A stretch of 64,000 bases of DNA from NCBI GenBank assembly GCA_004297215.1, contig SCUM01000001.1, positions 678,716-742,715 of the forward strand, in the 5' to 3' direction. This stretch comes from Patescibacteria group bacterium. Lineage in GTDB: Bacteria > Patescibacteriota > Patescibacteriia > UBA9934 > GWF2-40-263. A program made the translations under genes and the position numbers. Positions within the stretch are counted from its first letter, which is position 1. Each line of letters opens with the position of its first letter. The notes under the pieces are model-generated. The model was not told the DNA's origin and did not search any database. It saw nothing but the letters and a program-made list of their open reading frames with translations. Positions 1-8,681 of the stretch are shown here, piece by piece.

Positions 1-1255
1 TCAATTCTCCGGCATTGGGTGCAAGGATATGGACTCCCATAATCTGTTTTGTCTGGGGGTGAATCGCCATTTTAATAAGTCCTTCAGTGCGGTGCATGAT
101 GATAGCTTTAGGAACATCCTCAAACGAAACGGTGCGACAAGCACAAACGCCCATTTGCCTCATCTGCTCGTCTTCGGTAAGTCCGACACCGGCAAGCTGG
201 GGATCGGTAAAAATCGTGTAAGGCACGGTATTGTAATCAATAGAAAGCGTTGTGCCTTTGAGCGCATTTTCAGCTGCGAGCGTGCCTTCGCGTCCGGCAG
301 TCGGCTCAAGACGCAGGGGGCCGTTCGTAACATCTCCGACGGCAAACACATTAGGATTTGATGTCTTAAAACGCTGATCCACTGTAATGGCTTGCTTCTT
401 ATCAATTTCAACGCCTGCAACATCAAGACCGATCCCTTGCGTGTTTGGGATTTTGCCGGCGGCCAAGAGTATTTCGTCCGCAGAAATTTCCTCCGGCTTG
501 CCACCAACAGTGTACGAAACAACTTTTTTATCGCTCTCTTTGCGCGCGCTTTTTACCTCGGCATTCGTCTTTATGATAATGCCTTCTTTCTCCAGTATTT
601 GCTGAAGGCGATCCGTAAGAATCTTTTCAGCCGGAGGAAAGATTGAAGCTCCGCGCTGGAGAATGGTTACTTTCGTGCCAAAACGCGAGAACATCTGGGC
701 AAACTCAAGACCGAGAGGCCCTGCACCGACCACAATCAGCTCCTTCGGCTGTTTTTCAAGCTTTAATGCCTCAATATGTGTTATAAAGCCAGCTCCATTG
801 ATTCCCTCAATCGTAGGCACAGTAGCGGTAGAACCAGCTGCGATAATGAATTTCTCCGCACTTAATTTTTCACCATTTACTTCTATCTCATTTTGAGAAA
901 CAAATTTTGCTCTGCCTTCAATTGCCGTTACATGCTCCAAATTCTTTAATACTTTTTCGTATTTTTCTTGGCGCAATTTTTCCACAAGCGAGAGTTCGTC
1001 TTGCACGACTTTTTGAAAATCAAAGTTTTTCACCTCAATCTCAACACCGGCGACGCCGTGATGTTTGGCGTGGTGCAAAATCTCGCCGGCATAGAGTAGC
1101 GTCTTTGACGGCACACAGCCGACATTGACGCACGTGCCGCCGAGCGGAAGGCCGGAGTTCACAAGCGCGGTTTTTGCGCCGAGTTCATTGGCGCGGATAG
1201 CGGCTGCAAACGCGCCTGCACCGCCACCGATAATGATAAGGTCAAATTTTTGCAT
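1..1255 (-). CDS. merA: Mercuric reductase-like class I pyridine nucleotide-disulfide oxidoreductase (MerA family). C-terminus is cut by the window edge. No NmerA/HMA N-terminal domain.
   Basis: Reverse-strand translation starts MQKFDLIIIGGGAGAFAAA (FAD GxGxxG). Redox-active site GGTCVNVGCVPSK. C-terminal region GVHILAPNAGELI matches the MerA dimerisation region. The frame stays open to position 1. Confidence 0.75.
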   Translation of the reverse strand, partial: MQKFDLIIIGGGAGAFAAAIRANELGAKTALVNSGLPLGGTCVNVGCVPSKTLLYAGEILHHAKHHGVAGVEIEVKNFDFQKVVQDELSLVEKLRQEKYEKVLKNLEHVTAIEGRAKFVSQNEIEVNGEKLSAEKFIIAAGSTATVPTIEGINGAGFITHIEALKLEKQPKELIVVGAGPLGLEFAQMFSRFGTKVTILQRGASIFPPAEKILTDRLQQILEKEGIIIKTNAEVKSARKESDKKVVSYTVGGKPEEISADEILLAAGKIPNTQGIGLDVAGVEIDKKQAITVDQRFKTSNPNVFAVGDVTNGPLRLEPTAGREGTLAAENALKGTTLSIDYNTVPYTIFTDPQLAGVGLTEDEQMRQMGVCACRTVSFEDVPKAIIMHRTEGLIKMAIHPQTKQIMGVHILAPNAGEL

Positions 1256-1261
1256 AGTGTT

Positions 1262-1576
1262 TTATGGCCACAGTCTGTCTTTGAGCATATTCGCTAAAGA
1301 CGACTGTTTTAATTGGTAATATACAGTTCTGAAATCCCTTCGATTTTCAACAATATCGGCTTCTTTGAGCTTCTTTAGAGTATGGGACACGGCGGAAATG
1401 GATACGCCGATAATCTCTGCAATTTCTCCCACCGACAGCTCTCCATGCCGGCAGAGAAGATAACAAATCTTCAGTCGTGTCGGATCGCCGACCATATTGA
1501 ATTCTTTGGCACACTGAAGAATTGCCTTTTTATCTTTAAGCTCCTTTTTTATCTGCTGTACATTTCTCGTTTGCAT
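1262..1576 (-). CDS. ArsR/SmtB family metalloregulator, probably the regulator of the downstream merA-like gene.
   Basis: 104 aa. HTH segment LSVGEIAEIIGVSISAVSHTLKKL. Ends 7 nt upstream of the merA-like start on the same strand. Confidence 0.8.
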   Translation of the reverse strand: MQTRNVQQIKKELKDKKAILQCAKEFNMVGDPTRLKICYLLCRHGELSVGEIAEIIGVSISAVSHTLKKLKEADIVENRRDFRTVYYQLKQSSLANMLKDRLWP

Positions 1577-1636
1577 AGATATTCAAATGATAGCGAAAAA
1601 AATAAAATAGCGCAAGATCAAATGCCGAATCCACGT

Positions 1637-3247
1637 TTATTTGAATACAAGCTCCACCCCGAACCTGTTGGCATCCACACTTTCCCTCAGAACCTCAACG
1701 CGGCTCACTGTGCTTAAAAGTATGTTGCGCAGGATCGGCTTATTAGCGGCGAGGTTATCTTTGAGCGCTTCAATCTTCTGAATGCTTTTGAACGCATAAT
1801 CCTTTGCGCGAAGCCGCATCAGATGCGTATCAAGACGCTCGCGCTCCTGAGCAATTTTCTTAAATTCCCCATCCAGTTTCGTCTTTCGCTCCCCGAACAT
1901 TTTTATATCCAGCACTCCGTTCTCGTATGCAGTGACCAGCCGGGCAAGCTTTTCTCTGTTTTTGCTTTCCTGCAGAGACACGGCCTTAACCTCGCGCTCA
2001 ACGCGCTTCGATTCGCTGGCTTTCTGATCCTGAATGAGCTGCGACAGAAGCTCCTTATTGTTTGCAATCTCAACGAATTTGTCGATGACCACGCTATCCA
2101 GCAATTCCATCGCAATATACTTATTTCCGCACTTCCGGAATGCATGGAATTTTGCGCAGACATAGTAAGGAGGCGCGTGGCTGTCATCGCCGGCATTATA
2201 GGCCCACATCGTAGAACCGCAGTGGGCGCACTTAACCAGTCCTGACAAAAGAGCCGTGGCATTGCTTGCTCTGCCTTTTATAGTGCTCTTTGCATCAATG
2301 ATGCTCTGCACCTGCCAAAAAATTTCCTCGCGGATGATCGCCGGATGATTGCCTTTAGTGATGACCCACTTCGACGCAGGCTGCTTTTTCTGCTTGCCGA
2401 AGAATGTTCGCTTATGCTGCCAGCGCACAAGGCCGGCATACACCGGATTGGTAAGAACGAGCTTCACTGTCGAGTAGTACCAAAGCTTGCCGGACGGACT
2501 CGGAATCCCTCGGTCATTCAGGTAGTTGGCGATGTCGCGGTAGCTTTTATTTTCAAGATAGCGGTCGTAAATCTGCCTGACAATTTCCGCATCAGCATCG
2601 GTGACGACAACCTCGATCTTTGATTTGCCGTTGCCGAGATCAGTAACCTTCGGGTCGTATCCATACGGAGGGGATGAAGGATGCGGGAGATCGCCCCGCT
2701 TCACTTTATTGCCCATGCCCTGCCAGTAGCGCCGGCGTGTCGAATGAATTTCAATAGCGGACTTAAGCGCGCCGAACGTCTGGCTGAAGACGCGCTGGTC
2801 ATTATAGATGTTGATATTCTGCGGATCATCCGGCTCCACCGGCTGATTGCAGGAATACACCTGAATGCCCCTCTTCAGCAGCAGCTTGCAGATTGTCTGC
2901 GAATCGGCATGATCGCGGCCAAGCCGATCATAGTCGTAAACCACCAGCACATCAAACGGCCGGCCGTTATTTGTGGATCGCAGCAGACCAAAAAATCCCT
3001 TCATGTCTTCAGGGACTTCTTCGGGCATGATCTCGTTGCCAAGCCACAGCTGGGTAATGAGGGCCTCGAATGCTTCGCGCCCCTTTACCTCGCGTCCGCT
3101 CTCAATATCTTTGATGGGAGCCATCACTAGCTCCCATCCGTGGTCTTTTATGGCTTTATCGCAGGCGTTGATCTGATGATCGATGCTGCCCTTATTCTCT
3201 TTTGCTTGTTGCTCGGTGGAAACCCGAACGTAGGTGACGGCGCGCAT
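1637..3247 (-). CDS. Large serine recombinase (phage integrase).
   Basis: N-terminal resolvase motif YVRVSTEQQ, recombinase domain, zinc ribbon CAHCGSTM...C..C, C-terminal coiled coil. 536 aa. Confidence 0.9.
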   Translation of the reverse strand: MRAVTYVRVSTEQQAKENKGSIDHQINACDKAIKDHGWELVMAPIKDIESGREVKGREAFEALITQLWLGNEIMPEEVPEDMKGFFGLLRSTNNGRPFDVLVVYDYDRLGRDHADSQTICKLLLKRGIQVYSCNQPVEPDDPQNINIYNDQRVFSQTFGALKSAIEIHSTRRRYWQGMGNKVKRGDLPHPSSPPYGYDPKVTDLGNGKSKIEVVVTDADAEIVRQIYDRYLENKSYRDIANYLNDRGIPSPSGKLWYYSTVKLVLTNPVYAGLVRWQHKRTFFGKQKKQPASKWVITKGNHPAIIREEIFWQVQSIIDAKSTIKGRASNATALLSGLVKCAHCGSTMWAYNAGDDSHAPPYYVCAKFHAFRKCGNKYIAMELLDSVVIDKFVEIANNKELLSQLIQDQKASESKRVEREVKAVSLQESKNREKLARLVTAYENGVLDIKMFGERKTKLDGEFKKIAQERERLDTHLMRLRAKDYAFKSIQKIEALKDNLAANKPILRNILLSTVSRVEVLRESVDANRFGVELVFK

Positions 3248-3256
3248 AGCATATTA

Positions 3257-4021
3257 TCAGTATTTCTTAATGTGATAGACGAGCCTGCCCTGAATGCTCA
3301 CCTCTCGGAGCTTATAAACCTTTTTGAAGGTCTTGGAGGCAGGCCGGAGCTCGACGTGATCCTTTTTCTTAAAGAAATACTTCATGGTAATGCCGTCAGG
3401 CGTTGCAGCGAGGACAATATCTCCGTCGTCCGGCCGTGCATCGGCATCAAAGACGCAGATGTCTCCGGTATTGATACCCGCTTCTTCCATAGAAACGCCG
3501 TCGGCGCGCAATGCAAAAATCTCGTGGGCATGGATCACCGCTGACCGGGGGAGCGCAATAACGTCCTCATCGCCCTGCTGAACATCGATGATGTCTCCGG
3601 CCGGAGCAATCCCAAGAATCGGAATCTGCACGAAATCATTTTCTTTCCTGTCGCCAAGCATGGAGCGCACTGCGCCCAAGACCTCGGACAGCTTCTCTTC
3701 TGCAGTCCTAAGCTCTGCGGCCTGCGGGAGCTTTTTGATATCAAACGAATAGCTCTTGTCGATGCCGACGCTTTGAATTGCCCTGCCTGCCTTTACCTCG
3801 ATCCAGCGCTTTGTGAGGTCGTCCTTCGGAATTTCATAGGCACGCGAAAGGGCCTCGAGCTGCTTCTCGGACGGAAAACGTATGCCAAGCTCCCAGTTGC
3901 CAATCTGCGACTGGCTGACTTTCAGGCGGTCGGCAATTTCGCGCTGGGTCAGATTCTTCCCTTCCCTCGCGCTTTTTAGATATGCCCCAAAGTTAGTAAC
4001 CATAGGATTATCAACACTCAT
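3257..4021 (-). CDS. CI/LexA-like phage repressor (HTH-XRE N-terminus plus S24 peptidase C-terminus).
   Basis: NLTQREIADRLKVSQSQIGNWE HTH. C-terminus ALRADGVSMEEAGINTGD with the Ser-Lys dyad context. Divergent from a cro-like gene. Confidence 0.85.
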   Translation of the reverse strand: MSVDNPMVTNFGAYLKSAREGKNLTQREIADRLKVSQSQIGNWELGIRFPSEKQLEALSRAYEIPKDDLTKRWIEVKAGRAIQSVGIDKSYSFDIKKLPQAAELRTAEEKLSEVLGAVRSMLGDRKENDFVQIPILGIAPAGDIIDVQQGDEDVIALPRSAVIHAHEIFALRADGVSMEEAGINTGDICVFDADARPDDGDIVLAATPDGITMKYFFKKKDHVELRPASKTFKKVYKLREVSIQGRLVYHIKKY

Positions 4022-4175
4022 GATGTAATTATACCAAATCTGTAATCAAGTGCAAATACCCCTACCTGTGGATAGACAGTATTCCGGCCTTTTTTGCCAC
4101 CGAGTTATCCACTGCACCTGCTTTTGACTATCACACCAGAAATGATTATACTTACAACAAGAGTGATGTAATACT
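4022..4175. promoter_or_regulatory. Divergent cI/cro promoter-operator region. The leftward -10 TATAAT sits 6 nt from the cI start codon, so the cI mRNA is near-leaderless. The rightward promoter is TTGACT-17-TATACT. The region contains the inverted repeat TGTGGATAG / TTATCCACT.
   Basis: Motifs seen at 4028-4033 (minus-strand -10), 4124-4152 (plus-strand promoter), and 4066-4074 and 4105-4113 (inverted 8/9 DnaA-box-like half sites). Confidence 0.45.
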
Positions 4176-4391
4176 ATGAAAACACCAGCAAAACCCCAAA
4201 AGAACCGCCAGCTGATCCAGGCCCGCAAAGAGCGCGGGTGGACGCAAAGAGAAATGGCGAAAGTCATCGGAATCAGCAGCAATTCATATCTGAGCCGTCT
4301 GGAGGCCGGACTTATTCGGCCACGCGTCGACACGGCACGAAGAATAGCCCTCGCCTTAGGGAAGCCTGTCGATGAAATTTTTTTGCACTGA
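4176..4391 (+). CDS. Cro-like HTH-XRE transcriptional regulator.
   Basis: 71 aa with WTQREMAKVIGISSNSYLSRLE HTH. Divergent from the CI-like repressor. Confidence 0.8.
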   Translation: MKTPAKPQKNRQLIQARKERGWTQREMAKVIGISSNSYLSRLEAGLIRPRVDTARRIALALGKPVDEIFLH

Positions 4392-4425
4392 AATCACACC
4401 AAAAATGATGTAAGACACAGCAACT

Positions 4426-4938
4426 ATGACAAAGCTTATCTGCAAAAACTGCAAAAAAGAATTCAATGCCGACCGGCCTGAGCGCAAATTCTGTTCGAAC
4501 AAATGCCGGCAGGGGGGCTCGCGCAAATTCCTGCCGGCAGATTGTGCGACGTGCGGAAAGAGATTCCGCCCCGACGCACCGGACAGGAAATACTGCTCAA
4601 AAGAATGCTTCAACAAGCGCCCGAGCAAAAACCGCATGCACTGCCAAATGTGCAAAAAAGAATTTGATGCGGATTCTTCAAAGCGGAAATTCTGCTCCAA
4701 CGAATGCCGAAACAAAGCATACGGAACAGTGCGCATCGCCGAAGAGGCGACGGGCAAAGCGTACCTGTTCGGCCGGAGCAGGGCCACGGCAAAAGTATGC
4801 GTCGAGGCAGACGGCGTGCGCTACGACCTCGACGATCCGGCAAACAGAAAGCACCGCGACCGCGTCTCGCAAAACATCCTTCTCACAGTCGCAAAAATGA
4901 ACGGCACGCTTGACGTGCTTCTTGAACATTCGCCTTAG
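4426..4938 (+). CDS. Protein with three tandem C-x2-C...FCS-x2-C zinc-ribbon repeats (zf-FCS/TRASH-like) plus an unknown C-terminal domain.
   Basis: Three repeats: CKNCKKEF..KFCSNKCR, CATCGKRF..KYCSKECF and CQMCKKEF..KFCSNECR. Confidence 0.6.
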   Translation: MTKLICKNCKKEFNADRPERKFCSNKCRQGGSRKFLPADCATCGKRFRPDAPDRKYCSKECFNKRPSKNRMHCQMCKKEFDADSSKRKFCSNECRNKAYGTVRIAEEATGKAYLFGRSRATAKVCVEADGVRYDLDDPANRKHRDRVSQNILLTVAKMNGTLDVLLEHSP

Positions 4939-5038
4939 AGGCCCGCAGCCCCTAAGGCGAGCGCTCAAGCGCTCGGAAAAGGTCGACGGAGCAACGACTC
5001 CGACAACAACCGGCAGCAAACATTAAGAAGCACCCCCT

Positions 5039-5230
5039 ATGACAGAACAACCACCAAAAGAAATCCCGATAACAAAGGCACAGAAAATTCTGATCCAGAG
5101 CTGCCTTATTCAGTGCCTCGACCTTAACCGAGAAGCAAGAAAATACGCCGAAGGCAAAGAAGAAAAAGAGCTGAAAGCGGAAGCAAAGCTCATTCGGGAA
5201 ACTCTCATGGCCATTCAAAAGGTCAAATAG
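5039..5230 (+). CDS. Hypothetical small phage protein.
   Basis: 63-aa ORF in the early operon, same orientation and tightly packed. Confidence 0.4.
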   Translation: MTEQPPKEIPITKAQKILIQSCLIQCLDLNREARKYAEGKEEKELKAEAKLIRETLMAIQKVK

Positions 5231-5262
5231 CTTCCGCACTTAGAAATTAACAACTACGAATT

Positions 5263-5526
5263 ATGCAGCAAGCAAAACACATCGCATCAATAACCTTCCA
5301 GTCTCTCGCATTCCTCATGATGCTCGACCTGCTGATCCTGTTTGCATCGATCGGGCAGATCGCACTCGAAGGGCGCACCGGACACTGGAATCCGTTCTGG
5401 CGCACGCAGGCCGAAATGGTCGTCCGGCTTCTCCCTCAAAACGAAAAGAAGCCCGTCTTTGCAGAGCTGGCTTCTTCCGAGCCGATCCTTTCGGATCAAC
5501 AAGCTAATCATATCACCCAGCGCTGA
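5263..5526 (+). CDS. Hypothetical small membrane protein.
   Basis: 87-aa ORF with a hydrophobic N-terminal segment LAFLMMLDLLILFASIG. Confidence 0.35.
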   Translation: MQQAKHIASITFQSLAFLMMLDLLILFASIGQIALEGRTGHWNPFWRTQAEMVVRLLPQNEKKPVFAELASSEPILSDQQANHITQR

Positions 5527-5529
5527 ACT

Positions 5530-5688
5530 ATGTCTACACCAATCGCAGAAGAGACATGCGAATTGTGCGGAGGCGAGGGTGAAATCACAACGATGGAGCA
5601 GGTATGGCCGGGAGAGCCGCATTATGCCCCCATCGGAACGCAGAGATGCCTCTGCCAAATTCCGGAAATCGAACCGGAATACGCATAA
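5530..5688 (+). CDS. Hypothetical 52-aa Cys-rich, zinc-ribbon-like protein.
   Basis: ATG at 5530, TAA at 5686. CELCGG...CLC motif. Not in the ORF track because it is shorter than 60 aa. Confidence 0.3.
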   Translation: MSTPIAEETCELCGGEGEITTMEQVWPGEPHYAPIGTQRCLCQIPEIEPEYA

Positions 5689-5724
5689 ATCAAGAAAAAT
5701 TAACGAAATCTTAAAGAAGCCCCT

Positions 5725-6534
5725 ATGACAAACCAACCAACAACGCATGTCGCCACAACGCCGAACCAAAGGCCGGCAACCACGCTGGAGCAGTTCCGGC
5801 ATCAGCTTGTCGGCGACTATCAGAAACAGGTGCTCAATTACTTCAATGGCCAAAAAGAAAAAGCCATGAAGTTTATGAGCGCAGTCGTCTACTCGGCGCA
5901 GAAAAATCCTGCGCTCTTGGAATGCGACCGCACCACGCTCCTGCATGCCTTCATGGCATGCGCGGAGTACCAGCTCTACCCCTCCAGTGTGTCGGGCGAA
6001 GCATACGTAATCCCTTATAAAGGAAAGGCCCAATTCCAGCTCGGCTATCAGGGCATCATCACCCTGCTCTACCGCGCCGGCGTCGAAGCGGTCAACGCGC
6101 AGATTATCTGCGAAAACGACGCCTTCGAATACGAGGAAGGCCTCGAGCCGAACCTCGTCCACAAGCCGAATGTGCTCAAAGACCGAGGCAAGCCGATCGG
6201 CGTCTACGCCATCGCTGCCATCAACGGGCACAAGCTCTTCAAAGTCCTGTCGGAAGCGGAAGTAATGAAATTCAAAGGATTTTCGCAGAGCAAAAACTCC
6301 GAATACACGCCGTGGAATCCGGACAACGACCCCGAGCTGTGGATGTGGCGCAAGACCGCCATCAAGCAGCTCTCAAAGCTCCTTCCGAAAAACGACGCAC
6401 TGCAGAAAGCAATCTCGGAAGACAATCAGGATTCAGTAATCGAAGCGCGCCGCTCAACCCTCGACGCAGGAGGGCCGGCGGTAGGCCGAGCGCTCCACGA
6501 TCCAAACGCATCTAACGAGCCGGAAGGCAAATAA
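5725..6534 (+). CDS. recT: RecT-family single-strand annealing recombinase.
   Basis: 269 aa with a RecT-like core (GEAYVIPYKGKAQFQLGYQGIITLLYRAG). Sits next to a nuclease gene. Confidence 0.7.
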   Translation: MTNQPTTHVATTPNQRPATTLEQFRHQLVGDYQKQVLNYFNGQKEKAMKFMSAVVYSAQKNPALLECDRTTLLHAFMACAEYQLYPSSVSGEAYVIPYKGKAQFQLGYQGIITLLYRAGVEAVNAQIICENDAFEYEEGLEPNLVHKPNVLKDRGKPIGVYAIAAINGHKLFKVLSEAEVMKFKGFSQSKNSEYTPWNPDNDPELWMWRKTAIKQLSKLLPKNDALQKAISEDNQDSVIEARRSTLDAGGPAVGRALHDPNASNEPEGK

Positions 6535-6536
6535 CT

Positions 6537-8675
6537 ATGGAATCACTAACAAACATCCAACAGGCCCCGGGCAAGACAATGCCGATCGGATCGCTGTCAT
6601 ACTCGGCGCTCACACAGCTGCTGCGCAATCCGCTCATCTTCAAAATGAAATACATTCTCGGCGTCTATGACGCAAAGATGAGCGTGTCCGGAATGATCGG
6701 GCGCGCAGGCCACGAAGCGCTGAAAGTGTACTACGGCGGCCACCCCGACATTCCGGTGCCGAAAGACCGCACGGAAGCAATTGCGCTCGCAAAAGAAACC
6801 GGCCTGAAATTCCTCGACGAATTCTCTGATGCTTACATCGAATACGGAAAAACCGGAAGTCGAGAGTCGATGCTCAAAGGATACACGCAGGCAATGGACT
6901 TCTACTTTGCCGAAGAGCCGGAGTACCACGAAATCCTGATGTCGGAGAAAAAACTCGAAGGAGAGCTGCGGACGCTCGGCGGAGATCTGCTGCCCCTCCC
7001 CGCAACCGGCGTGCCCGATCTGGTGCACCGGCGCAAAGACGGCGCAGTGGAAATCATCGACACAAAATTCGTAACCAACTTCACGGATTACGAAACCGAG
7101 GACTACATCAAAATCATCCAGTCGCAATTCATGTTCCATCTGCTCCTCGCCTCGGAGGGGATAAAGGCGGAGCGCATGCTCTTCCGCGAGATCAAGCGAA
7201 CGCTCAACAGCAACGGCAACGCCGGAACTCCGCAGATCAGGGACTGGGCGGTGCCGTTTGACCACGAGCCGTACCGGATTATCTTCTACAACCTCTACAA
7301 AGACGTTGCGAAGTTTCTCTCAAACGATCCGATCTTCCTGCCGAACCTCTCCGACCCATTCGACGGCGAGCACGCAGGACTCATGTATGCGCAGGGCCTC
7401 ATCAACGCGGATATGAGCGACGTCGAAGTGATGCATAAGGTGCGCGACATCGCCTTCACCTCAAAGAAGTTTGTCGCCTCAAGGCTCGACCGGGCAGAAA
7501 ACAAAAATCTGCTGCCCGAAGAGCGGATCAAAGTCCGGCTCGCAGAATTCGGAATACCCGTGGAGCCAGTCGAGACAAGAGCCGGCGCATCGGTAACGCA
7601 GTACCGATTCCGAGTATCGGCCGGAGTAAGAATGACGGCAATCAAAAAGCACAAAGACGACATTGCGCATGCGCTGGGAGCAAAAGGAGAAATAAGAATC
7701 ATCGCTCCGATCCCGGGCACAACGCTGGTCGGCGTCGAAGTAGAAAACGAAACGCGCACTGCGCCGAAGCTCGGCAAAGAGCACCTGAAGCCGGGCACGC
7801 TCTCGCTGCCGATCGGAATCAACGTCAGCGGAGAATGCGTCAGCGTCCCGCTCAGCGAAATGCCGCATCTCCTGATCGCCGGCACAACCGGAAGCGGAAA
7901 ATCCACGCTCCTGCACAACATCATCACCGCACTTACCAAGCAGATGGCTCCTGAAGAAATGGAGCTGGTACTGATTGATCCGAAGCGGGTCGAGCTGGCG
8001 CCGTTTGCACGCAAACCGCACCTGCGCGGAAAAATTATCTACGAATACGACAGCGCAGTGCGCAAGCTGATGGAAATCGCAGATGAAATGGAGCGCAGAT
8101 ATCGGACTCTCGAAAAAGCCGGCAAGCGCGACATCGGCGAATACAACCAAAGCAAGCGGAATGCGGAAAACCGGATGCCTTACATCACGATCGTGGTAGA
8201 CGAATTCGCAGACCTCATACTGCGCGCCGGCATCGAAGAAAAGCGGCGCAAGATCAACGGATACGGACAGAAAAGCCGGCCGTGGCTCTGCAAAGAAATG
8301 GAACGGCGCGGGCAAAATGTGCCTCACGGAATAACCAAGGCAGAGCTGGTCGAAGCGCTCGAAGAGCTGGATGCGCAGGATGAAATGAACCGGCCGGACG
8401 CCAACATCGAACTGCTGCTGGTTCGGCTGGCGCAGATGGCTCGCGCTGTCGGCATCCACCTCATCATCGCAACACAAAGGCCAAGCACCAACGTAATCAC
8501 CGGCCTGATCAAAGCGAACTTCCCGACCCGCATCGCACTGACAACCGCATCGCCGACAGACAGCGAAGTAATACTCGGAAAGCGCGGAGCAGAAAAGCTC
8601 GCCGGCAAAGGCGACATGCTCTTCCTCCACCCCGCCAACCGAGGAGAGGTGCGATTGCAGGGATTCACCATGTAA
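6537..8675 (+). CDS. Fusion protein: N-terminal PD-(D/E)xK nuclease domain plus C-terminal FtsK/SpoIIIE-family DNA translocase ATPase.
   Basis: N-terminus PDLVHRRKDGAVEIIDTKF (D...E.IDTK nuclease motifs). C-terminus PHLLIAGTTGSGKST, LVLIDPK, EMERRYR, ITIVVDEFADL, IHLIIATQRPS, ITGLIKANFPTRIAL, GKGDML. There is an insertion of about 50 aa after Walker B. Confidence 0.8.
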   Translation: MESLTNIQQAPGKTMPIGSLSYSALTQLLRNPLIFKMKYILGVYDAKMSVSGMIGRAGHEALKVYYGGHPDIPVPKDRTEAIALAKETGLKFLDEFSDAYIEYGKTGSRESMLKGYTQAMDFYFAEEPEYHEILMSEKKLEGELRTLGGDLLPLPATGVPDLVHRRKDGAVEIIDTKFVTNFTDYETEDYIKIIQSQFMFHLLLASEGIKAERMLFREIKRTLNSNGNAGTPQIRDWAVPFDHEPYRIIFYNLYKDVAKFLSNDPIFLPNLSDPFDGEHAGLMYAQGLINADMSDVEVMHKVRDIAFTSKKFVASRLDRAENKNLLPEERIKVRLAEFGIPVEPVETRAGASVTQYRFRVSAGVRMTAIKKHKDDIAHALGAKGEIRIIAPIPGTTLVGVEVENETRTAPKLGKEHLKPGTLSLPIGINVSGECVSVPLSEMPHLLIAGTTGSGKSTLLHNIITALTKQMAPEEMELVLIDPKRVELAPFARKPHLRGKIIYEYDSAVRKLMEIADEMERRYRTLEKAGKRDIGEYNQSKRNAENRMPYITIVVDEFADLILRAGIEEKRRKINGYGQKSRPWLCKEMERRGQNVPHGITKAELVEALEELDAQDEMNRPDANIELLLVRLAQMARAVGIHLIIATQRPSTNVITGLIKANFPTRIALTTASPTDSEVILGKRGAEKLAGKGDMLFLHPANRGEVRLQGFTM

Positions 8676-8681
8676 AAACCT

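Noticed and set aside
29-1319. Plus-strand ORFs (29-361, 392-646, 663-896, 907-1128 and 1125-1319) across the first 1.3 kb.
   Set aside because: They are short, compositionally odd and tile the antisense of a continuous minus-strand frame with unmistakable MerA and disulfide-reductase motifs. They are antisense artefacts.
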